Shown: positions 53,344 to 63,179, counted from the first letter of the stretch. The stretch is 64,000 bases of DNA from Paludibacteraceae bacterium (GCA_017425065.1 JAFPJV010000024.1:8410-72409), one strand, 5' to 3'. Notes: generated by a model not told the origin, from the letters alone. Translations and numbers: made by a program.

Positions 53344-53381
53344 CTGCTTTTTTTTGACATATGCAAGATTTTTGAATAAAA

Positions 53382-54719
53382 ATGATAAAAAAATTTTATA
53401 TCGAGACATATGGATGCCAAATGAACGTCGCCGACAGCGAGGTTGTCGCCGCTATTATGGGCACAACAGACGCCGTCATTACCGACAGGATTGACGAGGC
53501 GGATGTGGTCATTTTGAATACCTGTTCTATCCGTGACAATGCCGAGCAGAAGGTGCGTCATCGTTTGCAAGAACTCAATACGCACCAGAAACGCAGCCAC
53601 CGGCATCCCATGATCGGCGTCATCGGCTGTATGGCCGAGCGGATGGGCCAGGAACTGATTGACCTGTGCGGAGTGGATTTTGTCGCCGGTCCGGACGCTT
53701 ATCTCGATATACCCAACTTGATAGCTCAGCGCGAGCAGGGCTTCAGGCCGGTCAATGTGGAGTTGAGCACGACGGAAACCTATCGCGATGTGTTGCCTGC
53801 GCGTATTGGCAAATCGATCTCCGGCTTTGTGTCTATCATGCGCGGTTGTAATAATTTCTGCTCCTATTGTGTCGTGCCCTATACGCGTGGACGCGAACGC
53901 AGCCGTGACGTGGATTCTATTCTGCGTGAGGTGCGCGATTTGCAGCAGAAGGGCTATAAGGAACTCACGTTGCTGGGGCAGAACGTCAATTCGTATCACT
54001 ATATCAAGCGCGGGGAGTCAGAAGAGACGGTTATTGATTTCCCCGATCTGTTGGCTATCGTTGCGCAAGCTGTGCCAGATATGCGTATCCGGTTCACGAC
54101 TTCCCATCCCAAGGACATGTCTGACCGAACGCTGGAGACTATTGCACGCTATCCGAATCTGTGCCGTTTTATCCATTTGCCGGTGCAGTCCGGCAGCAAC
54201 GCCATTCTCAAGGCGATGAATCGCAAATATACGCGGGAGTGGTATCTCGACCGTATTGCGGCAATCCGTCGTATCCTGCCCGATGCATCTATCGGAACCG
54301 ATGTGTTCTGCGGCTTCCATGGCGAGACGCTCGATGACCATGCACAGACCTTGAGCCTGATGCGTGAGGTAGGTTTTGATACGGCTTTTATGTTCAAGTA
54401 TTCCGAGCGTCCGGGTACGTTTGCCTCGAAGCATTTGCCCGATAATATCCCGGAGGAGGAGAAAGTGCGCCGTTTGAACGAGATTATCGCTTTGCAGTCC
54501 GAACTCTCATTGGCTTCCAACCGTCGCGAAATCGGACGTACGGTCGAGGTGCTGGTTGAAGGATTCTCCAAGCGCAGCCATGATGACATGTTCGGTCGTA
54601 CCAGCCAGTACAAAACCGTTGTCTTCCCGCGTGCAGGGAGACATATCGGAGAGTTGGTGCGGGTGCGTGTCACGTCCGCATCGGCTGCTACGTTACGGGG
54701 AGAATTGGTGGAGGATTAA
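53382..54719 (+). CDS. miaB: tRNA-i6A37 methylthiotransferase MiaB
   Basis: FYIETYGCQMN start, radical-SAM CNNFCSYCVVP motif and a C-terminal TRAM domain. Length is 445 aa. Confidence 0.9.
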   Translation: MIKKFYIETYGCQMNVADSEVVAAIMGTTDAVITDRIDEADVVILNTCSIRDNAEQKVRHRLQELNTHQKRSHRHPMIGVIGCMAERMGQELIDLCGVDFVAGPDAYLDIPNLIAQREQGFRPVNVELSTTETYRDVLPARIGKSISGFVSIMRGCNNFCSYCVVPYTRGRERSRDVDSILREVRDLQQKGYKELTLLGQNVNSYHYIKRGESEETVIDFPDLLAIVAQAVPDMRIRFTTSHPKDMSDRTLETIARYPNLCRFIHLPVQSGSNAILKAMNRKYTREWYLDRIAAIRRILPDASIGTDVFCGFHGETLDDHAQTLSLMREVGFDTAFMFKYSERPGTFASKHLPDNIPEEEKVRRLNEIIALQSELSLASNRREIGRTVEVLVEGFSKRSHDDMFGRTSQYKTVVFPRAGRHIGELVRVRVTSASAATLRGELVED

Positions 54720-54733
54720 GTCCGGCGAATCAA

Positions 54734-56527
54734 TCAGATCCGGTTTTCTATTTCGCTGTTGCTCAGCAGTGTCAGTACGCGCTTGCCGTCCGGTGTGCGC
54801 GAATAGGTCTTCATGGAAAGCAAGCGGGTGCACAGATCCTGCATCTCGTCTTTTGTCAATACTTTGCCGTAAGGAATGGCGGTATTGCGTGCCATGGACA
54901 ATGCGATCTGTTCCTGCCATTTCTGTGCCGCATCGGCTCCTGTTTCTATCACGGAATGCAGGATGTCGCGTACGACCATCACGGCATCGCTTTGCGGCAG
55001 TTGAGCAGGAACACCCGAGATGCCGTAACTCGTCTTGCTGAACTGGTCGATGGCAAAACCGATGGCTCGCAAATCTTGGAGTATCGTTTCCATGACGGCC
55101 ATCTCGTCGGCTGTCAGTTCCACCACTTCCTGAAACAGCAGTTGCTGGCTGACACCTTTCTGTTCGCGCAGTTGTTGGAGCAGCGCCTCGTATTCTATGC
55201 AGATATGCGCACGGTGCTGGTTGATGATGAGCAGTCCTTCCGTGGTCGGAAGCAGGATATAGCGTTCGGCGTACTGATACGGTGTCCCTATCGGAATGTC
55301 GTGCTCGTATAGCGAAGCCTGCGCCGTGGACGATTCGTCGGATATCGGCCGGTCTGGGTATAGCTGGTTCCAGTTTTTCGGGGCAGTCTGCTTGGCATGA
55401 AATGGATTGTAATTGGGGTCAACCTGTATATGCGGCAGCGACGGTCTCGTTGGTGTTCCTTGGGTGTTTGGGGATGTCCGCACAGGCATCTCTATTGCGC
55501 CCGAACGGTCAAAATCTATGGTCGGAACCAACGAGAACTTGCCGATGGCTTCACGTACGGAGGCTAACAGGATCTGGAATATCGTCTGCTCGTCGGCAAA
55601 CTTTATCTCAGTCTTTGTCGGATGAATGTTTACATCGATGGCCTCCGGCGTGATATCAAAGTAGATAAAGTAGGAGGGGCTGTAGTCGTTTGGGAGCATG
55701 CCTGCATAGGCGTTCAGTATGGCTTTGTGGAAATAGGGATGACGCATAAAACGTCCGTTTACAAAGAAATACTGCTGTGCATTTTTTCCGCACGCTTCGG
55801 GTTTGCTCACAAATCCGCGGATGGACACCAACTCGGTATCGGTGTTTAAATCAATCAGATTGCTGGTAAACTGGCGCGTGTTGCTTTTTCCGAAGATGGA
55901 TTCTATGCGTTGTTTCTCGTTGCCGATCGGCAGGTCAAACAATATCTCGTCGTTATGCACAAACGTGAATTGCACTCTCGGATAAACCAGTACGATGTGG
56001 TAGAATTCAGTCAGTAGGTTGCGCAGTTCCGTCTGGTCTGTTTTGAGAAACTTGCGGCGCACGGGAACGTTGTAGAACAGGTTCTTGACCTTCAGACTGG
56101 TTCCGACCGGGCACGCACATGCCTCCTGTTCGATCAGTTTGGAGCCGTCTATTTCCAGTCGTACGCCCACTTCGTCTTCTTCTCTGCGAGTGGTCATTTC
56201 CACTTGGGCTACGGCGCAGATGCTGGCAAGTGCTTCTCCGCGGAAACCCATTGTCCGGAGCGAGAAGAGGTCTTCCACGCGACTTATCTTGCTTGTCGCA
56301 TGGCGTTCAAAGGCCATGCGTGCGTCGGTTTGGCTCATTCCTTTGCCGTTGTCGATGACTTGCAGCAGCGTGCGGCCGGCATCGCGAACGATGATCTGGA
56401 TGTTTGTCGCACCGGCATCCAGACTGTTCTCCACCAGCTCTTTCAGACACGAAGCAGGACGCTGGATCACTTCTCCGGCGGCTATCTGGTTAGCTACATG
56501 ATCTGGTAGGAGGTGGACAATGTCCAT
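54734..56527 (-). CDS. mutL: DNA mismatch repair protein MutL
   Basis: LPDHVANQIAAGEVIQRPASCLKELVENSLDAG and DNGKGM GHKL ATPase motifs. Length is 597 aa. Confidence 0.9.
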   Translation of the reverse strand: MDIVHLLPDHVANQIAAGEVIQRPASCLKELVENSLDAGATNIQIIVRDAGRTLLQVIDNGKGMSQTDARMAFERHATSKISRVEDLFSLRTMGFRGEALASICAVAQVEMTTRREEDEVGVRLEIDGSKLIEQEACACPVGTSLKVKNLFYNVPVRRKFLKTDQTELRNLLTEFYHIVLVYPRVQFTFVHNDEILFDLPIGNEKQRIESIFGKSNTRQFTSNLIDLNTDTELVSIRGFVSKPEACGKNAQQYFFVNGRFMRHPYFHKAILNAYAGMLPNDYSPSYFIYFDITPEAIDVNIHPTKTEIKFADEQTIFQILLASVREAIGKFSLVPTIDFDRSGAIEMPVRTSPNTQGTPTRPSLPHIQVDPNYNPFHAKQTAPKNWNQLYPDRPISDESSTAQASLYEHDIPIGTPYQYAERYILLPTTEGLLIINQHRAHICIEYEALLQQLREQKGVSQQLLFQEVVELTADEMAVMETILQDLRAIGFAIDQFSKTSYGISGVPAQLPQSDAVMVVRDILHSVIETGADAAQKWQEQIALSMARNTAIPYGKVLTKDEMQDLCTRLLSMKTYSRTPDGKRVLTLLSNSEIENRI

Positions 56528-56536
56528 GGCGAATGA

Positions 56537-56770
56537 TTATAGAAAGACGTAAAAACCTATGACCAGCGCAGCCAGCAGTACGACCCATAGTAGCAGTTTC
56601 GACTGTTGTTTCTTGCGCAGGGTGGTCATGTTCTTCTCATGTTCCTCACGGAACGAGCCCCGGTGGAGGCGCGCACGTCTCTCGTTGCGCGCCTCCTTGT
56701 CGGGGTCAAAGTAGATAGGACGGTAGTCCCATTCCCTCGGTTTGTTTACTTTTGGAAATAAAACCGACAT
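56537..56770 (-). CDS. Small C-terminally anchored membrane protein (hypothetical)
   Basis: 77 aa, with a basic N-region and a single C-terminal TM (LLLWVVLLAALVIGFYVFL). Tightly packed between mutL and the upstream gene. Confidence 0.45.
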   Translation of the reverse strand: MSVLFPKVNKPREWDYRPIYFDPDKEARNERRARLHRGSFREEHEKNMTTLRKKQQSKLLLWVVLLAALVIGFYVFL

Positions 56771-58452
56771 TACTTAATAATACCTTGGAATCTGGAGTCC
56801 TCTTTGTACTTGGCGAACTCAACGTCCACTTGTGCACGGCTCTTGAACGAAGCGTCACCGGCAACGGCAGCTTGCATGTTGTTGTAAACGCCTTCGCGGT
56901 CGTTCGTGCGGGCTGCCAGAATAGCTCTCAGGTAAGAGGTCTTGGCATTCGGCTCCGAAATCTCGTCAAGCGTTGCGCGGGCTGCATCGTAGTCCTTGTC
57001 GATGATCTGCTGCAGCGCAGCGTTGTTCGAACGTGTGGTGCCGTACGATTTCTTGGCGTTGTTGTAGTCGCCCTTCATCGTGTAGAGTGTACCAAGCGCG
57101 CCGTCCAGGTCGCCTTTCGTGCCGGCAGCCTTGCCCAGGTGCTCTTGTGCTTGCGCTACGTCGCCTTTGGCGAGGTCAACAAGACCGTAGTTGTAGTTTA
57201 CGTCCGGATTGCCGGGAGCCAGAGCCAGTGCGTTCTTGTAGTATTGCTCGGCTTCGTCCAGTTGGTTGTTCTTGTAGGCAATCATACCGAGGTTGTTGTA
57301 TGCGCGGTAGTCTTTGTGCAACTCGATGGCTTTCTTGTACAGTGCCACTTTCTCAGCCTCTGTCGGGGCTACCGATGCGGCATAGATCAGCTCGTCAACC
57401 GACAGACTCTCCGGATTTTCCTGAGCGGCTTTCAGCAACTCCTCGTCCGACTTGCCTGTTACTTCGGTCGTTACCACAATGCGGCTGCGGCGCAGCTTGG
57501 GCAGGATGTTGTCGGCCAGATTGGTGTAAACCTGGCTCAGGTTGCGGATCTGGGTCTCGCGCTCGTCCAAATCGCTGTACATCTCCAGTACGCGGATAAT
57601 CAGCTCTTTGTCGTTGATGTCGCTTTGCTCTACTTCGGCGCGGAAACCTTCCCAGTCCTCAGCTGTGCTGCTGCTGATGTAGCGGGTCTGGTTGCCGTTG
57701 ATCTTGCCGCGGATGAATTTCTCGGTGTTCGAACCACGGCTGTTGGCCAGACGCTCGTTCAGGTCCTGACCGCCTTCCGGACTTGCGTAACCAGAAATCT
57801 CAACCTGGCTTACAGTGCGCTTCTCATCTTTGTTGGCAGCCTGCAGAGCTGCTACAAGAGCCTTCATGTCTTCTGCCGACAACTCGGTGTCGCGCAGGTT
57901 CGACTGAGCTACTACGAAATTGATGTCAGCTTCCGTAATGTCCTCCACAACAGTCTGGAACTTGCTTGGGGTCGGAACGGCTTGCTCCTCGGTGTTGGCG
58001 AGCGTAGCGGTGGTGTTGATGCCGTCGGCAATCAGCACGTCGGGAATGTCATACACTTTCTTGCCGCATTTGGCTTCGCAACGCAGATACAGTTTCAGCT
58101 CTTTGCCCTCCATGTCCGGAGTGTATTTGAACTGGCAGGATTGCGAGTACTTGCCGCCTTTCTTGTAAGAAACGGTCTTGCCGTTGGCCTTGGCTTTCTC
58201 GCCTACGTACGTCTCCGAAGTGGAAAGAACCTCTTGGTCGCCGTATTTCAGCACCGGAGTCACTTTCAGCTCTCCCTTGCGGGCGAATTTCTTAGGAGGG
58301 AAGGTTCCCGTGATGTCGGCTTTGATCTCGCCGCCTACTACGGCTACATCTTCCGGAGTGACCTGAATCTCTTGCGGCTTGTCCACAATCTTCGAGCAGG
58401 AGGTCATCATGACAATGGCAGCGAGTGCCATTAAGAATGTAATCTTTTTCAT
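56770..58452 (-). CDS. Lipoprotein with an OmpA-like peptidoglycan-binding motif and C-terminal TPR repeats
   Basis: Lipobox MMTSC. ISGYASPEGGQDLNERLANSRG resembles the OmpA_C core. TPR repeats occupy the last ~200 aa. Confidence 0.55.
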   Translation of the reverse strand: MKKITFLMALAAIVMMTSCSKIVDKPQEIQVTPEDVAVVGGEIKADITGTFPPKKFARKGELKVTPVLKYGDQEVLSTSETYVGEKAKANGKTVSYKKGGKYSQSCQFKYTPDMEGKELKLYLRCEAKCGKKVYDIPDVLIADGINTTATLANTEEQAVPTPSKFQTVVEDITEADINFVVAQSNLRDTELSAEDMKALVAALQAANKDEKRTVSQVEISGYASPEGGQDLNERLANSRGSNTEKFIRGKINGNQTRYISSSTAEDWEGFRAEVEQSDINDKELIIRVLEMYSDLDERETQIRNLSQVYTNLADNILPKLRRSRIVVTTEVTGKSDEELLKAAQENPESLSVDELIYAASVAPTEAEKVALYKKAIELHKDYRAYNNLGMIAYKNNQLDEAEQYYKNALALAPGNPDVNYNYGLVDLAKGDVAQAQEHLGKAAGTKGDLDGALGTLYTMKGDYNNAKKSYGTTRSNNAALQQIIDKDYDAARATLDEISEPNAKTSYLRAILAARTNDREGVYNNMQAAVAGDASFKSRAQVDVEFAKYKEDSRFQGIIK

Positions 58453-58543
58453 GCTTTTTGTTTGTTAATAATTAATTTTGGTTTATATTGTTTTTTGTTG
58501 ATTTGAATCCGGTATATGTCGCAGGTGCACATTTATCAGCGTG

Positions 58544-58551
58544 CAAAATTA
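58544..58551 (-). promoter_or_regulatory. -7 box TAATTTTG for the 56770-58452 operon
   Basis: The reverse complement reads GCTTGCATATATGGAAAAAAAGCAGTAATTTTGCAC. Confidence 0.55.
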
Positions 58552-58645
58552 CTGCTTTTTTTCCATATATGCAAGCCCTTGTGCATTTTTTATAATTTTT
58601 TATAAAAAAACAACGGAATAATTTGTGTATTTGCAAAAAAAGCCG

Positions 58646-58653
58646 TATATTTG
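58646..58653 (+). promoter_or_regulatory. -7 box TATATTTG for pyrE
   Basis: It lies 30 nt upstream of the ATG at 58683. Confidence 0.5.
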
Positions 58654-58682
58654 CACCCTGAATTAGTTTGCCGTAATAGGAT

Positions 58683-59321
58683 ATGAACGATTTGTCTAAC
58701 ATGGTGGTCGAGAAATTGCTTCGCCTGCGCTCCTTCCAGATTCAGGTGAATAACCCCCTTGTGTGGGGCAACGGGTGGAAGGCGCCGGTATATCTCGACG
58801 ACCGGAAAATACTGTCTTACACCAAGGCGCGCAACTTTATCAAGTTGGAGTTGGGGCGTCTGGTGGCGGAGTTGTACCCTGATGCCGATGTGATTGCAGG
58901 TATTGCGACCAATGCCATCGCGCATGGCGTGTTGGTGGCGGAGCAATTGGCGTTGCCTTTTGTCTATGTCCATCCTACGCCCAAGAACCATGGCCTTGAG
59001 AATCAGATCGAGGGCGATTTGCGCCCGAGGCAGAAGGTGGTGATTATTGAGAACCAGGTGAATATCGGTCGTAACTCCTTGCCGGTGATTGATGCTGTGC
59101 GTTCGGCGGGTTGCACCGTGCTGGGCGTGGTGACAATCTTCGACTATCAACTGGAGGCTACCGGCCGTAAGTTCAACGAAGTCGGTGTGCCGCTGGTGTC
59201 CTTGGCACGCTTCGACGAACTGGTGCGCCAGTTGCCGCAGTTCGGCTATGATGAGGATACAATCGCTTGCCTCAATATCTGGCATGCCGATCCCGCCGCT
59301 TGGTCAAAACAGCATAAATAG
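58683..59321 (+). CDS. pyrE: Orotate phosphoribosyltransferase
   Basis: PRPP-binding loop VVIIENQVNIGRNS and a PyrE-like N-terminus (FQIQVNNPLVWGNGWKAPVYLDDR). Length is 212 aa. Confidence 0.85.
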   Translation: MNDLSNMVVEKLLRLRSFQIQVNNPLVWGNGWKAPVYLDDRKILSYTKARNFIKLELGRLVAELYPDADVIAGIATNAIAHGVLVAEQLALPFVYVHPTPKNHGLENQIEGDLRPRQKVVIIENQVNIGRNSLPVIDAVRSAGCTVLGVVTIFDYQLEATGRKFNEVGVPLVSLARFDELVRQLPQFGYDEDTIACLNIWHADPAAWSKQHK

Positions 59322-59327
59322 CCTTTC

Positions 59328-59355
59328 TAACGACTAACGACTAACGACCAATAAC
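59328..59355. repeat. Heptamer array TAACGAC x3 (+CAATAAC) immediately after the pyrE stop
   Basis: taacgac taacgac taacgac caataac. It shares the AACGAC core with the in-frame valS array. Confidence 0.85.
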
Positions 59356-59360
59356 AAATT

Positions 59361-59798
59361 ATGTCCGAATCAAAATATACCAGCCAGGTCCGCACCATCC
59401 CGTCGCCCGTGTCCGAGGTGTATCGTGCCCTGAGCAATCTGCAAAACCTTGAGCGCGTGCGCGGGCACATACCCCAAGATAAGGTGCAGGAGATGGAAAT
59501 CACGCCCGACAGCGTCCGAATGAAAGTCGATGGGTTGGGGCAGAAGATCAGCATTGTCGTCGTGGAACGTATCCCGGACGATACCGTCAAGTTCGGAGCC
59601 GAGGGACTGCCTATGCCGATGAATTTCTGGATTCAACTCAAGCCTGGAGAGAACGATACTACTTTTGTGCGCCTTACGCTCAAGGCCGACATCCCGATGA
59701 TGTTCAAGATGATGCTTGACAAGAAGATCCAGAAGGGCATTGACGACGCGGCGGAGATGCTGACCCAGTTCCCTTATCGCCAATGGAACGAAAACTAA
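59361..59798 (+). CDS. SRPBCC (START/Bet v1-like) superfamily protein
   Basis: 145 aa with a helix-grip-like pattern. This is a weak assignment from memory. Confidence 0.45.
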   Translation: MSESKYTSQVRTIPSPVSEVYRALSNLQNLERVRGHIPQDKVQEMEITPDSVRMKVDGLGQKISIVVVERIPDDTVKFGAEGLPMPMNFWIQLKPGENDTTFVRLTLKADIPMMFKMMLDKKIQKGIDDAAEMLTQFPYRQWNEN

Positions 59799-59807
59799 AT
59801 ACTGAAT

Positions 59808-60485
59808 ATGAAACGCCTTAGAATACATCGTGAGGGTCGAAACCTCATTATCGGAACAGTCCTGTTGCTGTTCATCATCAATGTTGTGATTTATATCCAA
59901 TTCCCGCAACGTTGGATTTTTGCCGTCTCGCTCATTCTGACGGCTGCTTTGTTGGTCTTTGTCACGTATTTCTTCCGCAACCCGGTGCGTGTCTTGGATG
60001 TCGATGATCCCAATTTCATCATCGCGCCGGCTGACGGACGGGTGGTTGTCATCGAGCCGACCGAGGAAAACGAGTATTTCCATGAGAAGAAGCTCCAGGT
60101 GTCTATCTTCATGTCGCCTTTCAACGTGCATGCCAATTGGTTTCCGATTGAGGGCACAATCATCGAGTCGTCGCACCAGAAGGGACGCCACAAGGGAGCA
60201 TGGCTGCCCAAGTCCAGTATCGAGAACGAACGCTCGCTCGTCATCATTGAGACCGAGAACAAGGTGCGTATTGCCGTTCGCCAGATTGCAGGTGCGATGG
60301 CACGCCGTATCGTTACTTATGCCAAGGCGGGCAAGCCTTGCCATCGCAATACCCATCTGGGCTTTATCAAGCTCGGATCGCGCGTGGATATGTATCTGCC
60401 CTTGGATACCGAGATGTTTGTCCAGGTCGGCGAAGCCGTTCGCGGCAACGAAACCATCATCGCCCGCCTCACCGACAAAGAATAG
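59808..60485 (+). CDS. psd: Phosphatidylserine decarboxylase proenzyme
   Basis: N-terminal TM segments, FMSPFNVH, and the self-cleavage motif LGSRVD (G-S). Length is 225 aa. Confidence 0.85.
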   Translation: MKRLRIHREGRNLIIGTVLLLFIINVVIYIQFPQRWIFAVSLILTAALLVFVTYFFRNPVRVLDVDDPNFIIAPADGRVVVIEPTEENEYFHEKKLQVSIFMSPFNVHANWFPIEGTIIESSHQKGRHKGAWLPKSSIENERSLVIIETENKVRIAVRQIAGAMARRIVTYAKAGKPCHRNTHLGFIKLGSRVDMYLPLDTEMFVQVGEAVRGNETIIARLTDKE

Positions 60486-60559
60486 CATCAGAATAGCATT
60501 ATAGCATTAAAACTCCGTTTTAACATTAAAAAATACTTTTTAACAAAAAAATAACTACC

Positions 60560-61438
60560 ATGAATTTTGAAGAATTATTTGCGCAGTATCCCTGCCCGTT
60601 TACCGATGAGCAAGTCAAGGCTCAAGTCGCTGACATTCAGGCGAAGCATTTCGCTGAGAACAACAACGTTGAGGTCTGGAAACAATGTCTCCACCAGATT
60701 GATCTGACAACCCTTAGTGCCGACGACACGATTGCCAAGGTCGAAGGAATGGCTACGGCTGTCAACGTCTTCGAGCAGCATTTCCCCGGACTGCCCAACG
60801 TGGCGGCCATCTGTGTCTATCCGGCTATGGCGGAGTATGTGCGCCGTACGCTCAAGGATCCCAATTTCCGTATCGCTTGTGTCAGTGGCGTCTTCCCGAG
60901 CTCCCAGAGCTTTATCGAGGTCAAGGTGGCGGAGACCGCTCTTGCGCTCAAGGCGGGCGCAACCGAGATAGATATCGTGCTTTCCGTAGGTAAGTTCCTC
61001 GAGGGACGTTACCAGGAATGTTTCGATGAAATCGTGGAATTGAAGGCGGTTTGCGGTACGCACCATCTCAAAGTGATTCTCGAAACAGGCATGCTCAAGT
61101 CGGCTGAGAATATCTGGAAAGCATCTATCCTCGCGATGGCTGCCGGTTGCGATTTTATCAAGACTTCTACCGGCAAGATTGCGGTCAATGCAACGCCGGA
61201 GGCAACCTTCGTTATGTGTCATGCTATCAAGGCTTGGCGTGAGAAAACGGGTGTCAAGATGGGCTACAAACCGGCAGGAGGCGTATCCACTACCGATGAA
61301 GCCGTACAGCATTTTACGCTCGTCAAACAAATCCTCGGCGAAGAGTGGCTCGACAACGAGTGGTTCCGTTTCGGCGCCAGCCGTCTGGCAAACAACCTGC
61401 TTACCTCTATCGTCGGCAAAGAAACCAAGTATTTCTAA
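60560..61438 (+). CDS. deoC: Deoxyribose-phosphate aldolase
   Basis: GATEIDIV and the Schiff-base lysine context DFIKTSTGK. Length is 292 aa (long-form DeoC). Confidence 0.8.
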   Translation: MNFEELFAQYPCPFTDEQVKAQVADIQAKHFAENNNVEVWKQCLHQIDLTTLSADDTIAKVEGMATAVNVFEQHFPGLPNVAAICVYPAMAEYVRRTLKDPNFRIACVSGVFPSSQSFIEVKVAETALALKAGATEIDIVLSVGKFLEGRYQECFDEIVELKAVCGTHHLKVILETGMLKSAENIWKASILAMAAGCDFIKTSTGKIAVNATPEATFVMCHAIKAWREKTGVKMGYKPAGGVSTTDEAVQHFTLVKQILGEEWLDNEWFRFGASRLANNLLTSIVGKETKYF

Positions 61439-61459
61439 CATATAATAAATAGTAAGACA

Positions 61460-62617
61460 ATGAAAAAACTTTCATTTTTCCTCGCAGCATTGGTAGGACT
61501 TGTGCTGCTGACCGCCTGTGATGGCGACAACGGAACGTACATGACAAGTAAGGACAAACGCTGGCCGGCTGGCGAAGACGGCTCTAACCTATGGGGCTTC
61601 ATCGACGAGAACGGCAAGATGGTCATTTCGGCAAACTACTCCGAAACCTACAACTTTTCATGCGGTTGGGCACGTGTAAAAGAGGACGGCGAAAAGCAAT
61701 TCATCGACAAGGACGGCAAGAGCGTTATTCCCGATCCGTTCCCTGAAAGTTATTTCAACTTCAACCGTATCCGCTTCGAAGAAGACGGCAAGGTTGGTAT
61801 GTACGACGAGAACTGGAAGGTCGTTATTCCGGCAGACTATAAGTCACTTGGCGTTTGCACCGAAGACGGCTTGATTTCGTTTAGCGAAGACGGCAAAGAA
61901 TACGGCTACTTGGACAAAGACGGCAAAGTGGTTATTCAGGAGCAATTCTACAATGCAGAAAATTTTGCAGGCGGCATAGCTGTCGTAGCCGAAGAAAAGG
62001 ACGGGAACTTTCGATACGGTGTTATCGACAAGAAAGGCAATTTCCTGATAGACTATCAGAAGAAATGGTTGTCTAACATGGGCGAAGGACGTGTGTGTTT
62101 CTATAATGACAACACCAGCAAATTCGGCATGATGGATAAGAACGGCAATGAGCTGGTAAGTGCCAAATACGATGATATTCAACCTTTCACTTGCGGCTTG
62201 GCTCTGGTAGAAAAGAACGGCAAATGGGGCTATATCAATCCCAAGGGCGAAGAAGTCATCGCATGCCGTTACCCTATAGCTTATGAATTCTATGACGACG
62301 TAGCAGACGTGTATGATGAACACAATCGTTGTAGTATCATTAACAAGAAAGGCGAGACCTTGTTCAAACTGAAAGAAAAAGATTTCTTGATTTTCAGCTT
62401 CATCAATGGTCTCGGCTTGGTTCATAACGAACTGACAAACCAGTATCGCTACATCAACAAGAAGAACGAGATCATTTACAAGTGGGAAGGACCCGTATCC
62501 GAAGAAATGCCGGAGAAGCGCCTGAGCCCGGAGGAGCGCAGAATGCAATTCATGCTAAGCACCGAGTACGGTCCGCTTTTCCGTGACATGATGAGAAACA
62601 AAGAAATGCAGAAATAA
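61460..62617 (+). CDS. WG-repeat (KWG) lipoprotein
   Basis: Lipobox LLTAC. At least five repeats of [WYF]G[FYVM][IL]D..G..[VL]I (WGFIDENGKMVI, YGYLDKDGKVVI, YGVIDKKGNFLI, FGMMDKNGNELV, WGYINPKGEEVI). Confidence 0.8.
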   Translation: MKKLSFFLAALVGLVLLTACDGDNGTYMTSKDKRWPAGEDGSNLWGFIDENGKMVISANYSETYNFSCGWARVKEDGEKQFIDKDGKSVIPDPFPESYFNFNRIRFEEDGKVGMYDENWKVVIPADYKSLGVCTEDGLISFSEDGKEYGYLDKDGKVVIQEQFYNAENFAGGIAVVAEEKDGNFRYGVIDKKGNFLIDYQKKWLSNMGEGRVCFYNDNTSKFGMMDKNGNELVSAKYDDIQPFTCGLALVEKNGKWGYINPKGEEVIACRYPIAYEFYDDVADVYDEHNRCSIINKKGETLFKLKEKDFLIFSFINGLGLVHNELTNQYRYINKKNEIIYKWEGPVSEEMPEKRLSPEERRMQFMLSTEYGPLFRDMMRNKEMQK

Positions 62618-62643
62618 ATATCTGATAATTAACGATTTAAACT

Positions 62644-62675
62644 ATGAGCGACTCAATTTCCTTTGAGCCGCTCAT
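62644..62675. terminator. 13-bp stem hairpin downstream of the WG-repeat gene (no U-run)
   Basis: atgagcgactcaa-tttcct-ttgagccgctcat pairs at 12 of 13 positions. On the minus strand the mismatch becomes a G-U pair. Confidence 0.4.
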
Positions 62676-63038
62676 ATTGTATCTGCATCGAATCAATCCT
62701 TCGTCCATTTCGAATCACCCGCAATGTCATCACGGGATCATCTTCCAATCACGACCCAACGAAGAGCCGGTCACGTTACGCCGGAGAATCCCGAGAACGA
62801 CTCCCCCTACATTTAACGATTTGGGATTTTTCGCCTTTTTTTCAAAAAAAAGTAAGGTTTTAAATACTCCCTTTCTATCTCTTTCTCTTTTGCTTCTTTT
62901 CTCTTTCTCGTTCTTTTTGCAAATTGTCGCTTTTTCAGTTTTCCCAACAGACTCTTGAGACACTGTTCTGTCACGCTACGGTGACGTTCGGGATGCGAAC
63001 GAGATGCAAACGGTTTTGACTTGGCAAATAAATCGCAA

Positions 63039-63115
63039 TTTTCCATTTTCCATTGTCAATTGTCCATTTTCCATTGTCAATTGTCCATTTTCCATTGTCA
63101 TTTTTCAATTTTTAT
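63039..63115. repeat. Eleven exact-register heptamers TT[T/G]TC[C/A]A abutting a promoter -33 element
   Basis: ttttcca ttttcca ttgtcaa ttgtcca ttttcca ttgtcaa ttgtcca ttttcca ttgtcat ttttcaa tttttat. ttgtcca is the reverse complement of tggacaa, the GGACAAT family. Confidence 0.9.
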
Positions 63116-63138
63116 TTGCACATTCCAAATATTTGTTG

Positions 63139-63146
63139 TAATTTTG
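63139..63146 (+). promoter_or_regulatory. -7 box TAATTTTG (-33 TTTG at 63115-63118)
   Basis: 20-nt spacer between the boxes. It lies 33 nt upstream of the ATG at 63180. Confidence 0.6.
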
Positions 63147-63179
63147 CAGTCGAAATTCAAGAGTAATTCCTACTATTTT

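Noticed and set aside
53328-53362. ~35-nt sequence CTTGCATAT(N)AAAAAAAGCAGTAATTTTGCAG recurring at ten or more sites on both strands. It looked like a dispersed repeat or MITE.
   Set aside because: Every copy sits 20-70 nt upstream of a gene or tRNA start in the correct orientation. It contains the known Bacteroidetes -33 (TTTG/TTGC) and -7 (TAnnTTTG) elements. It is the housekeeping promoter consensus, not a mobile element.
52992-53999. 335-aa minus-strand ORF
   Set aside because: It runs antisense through the 3' end of porW, the tRNA-Pro gene and the 5' part of miaB. All three have much stronger support.
62690-62830. tmRNA or another known structured RNA on the minus strand (it starts with a gggggagtcg... 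run)
   Set aside because: I could not identify a tRNA-like acceptor/T-arm 3' end, a tag reading frame, or RNase P/SRP/6S signature motifs. It is kept only as an unexplained non-coding stretch in the findings.
63039-63115. Possible CRISPR array or other spacer-repeat structure among the tandem arrays
   Set aside because: The units are only 7-8 nt, are directly abutting with no spacers, and number at most 11. There are no cas genes in the window.
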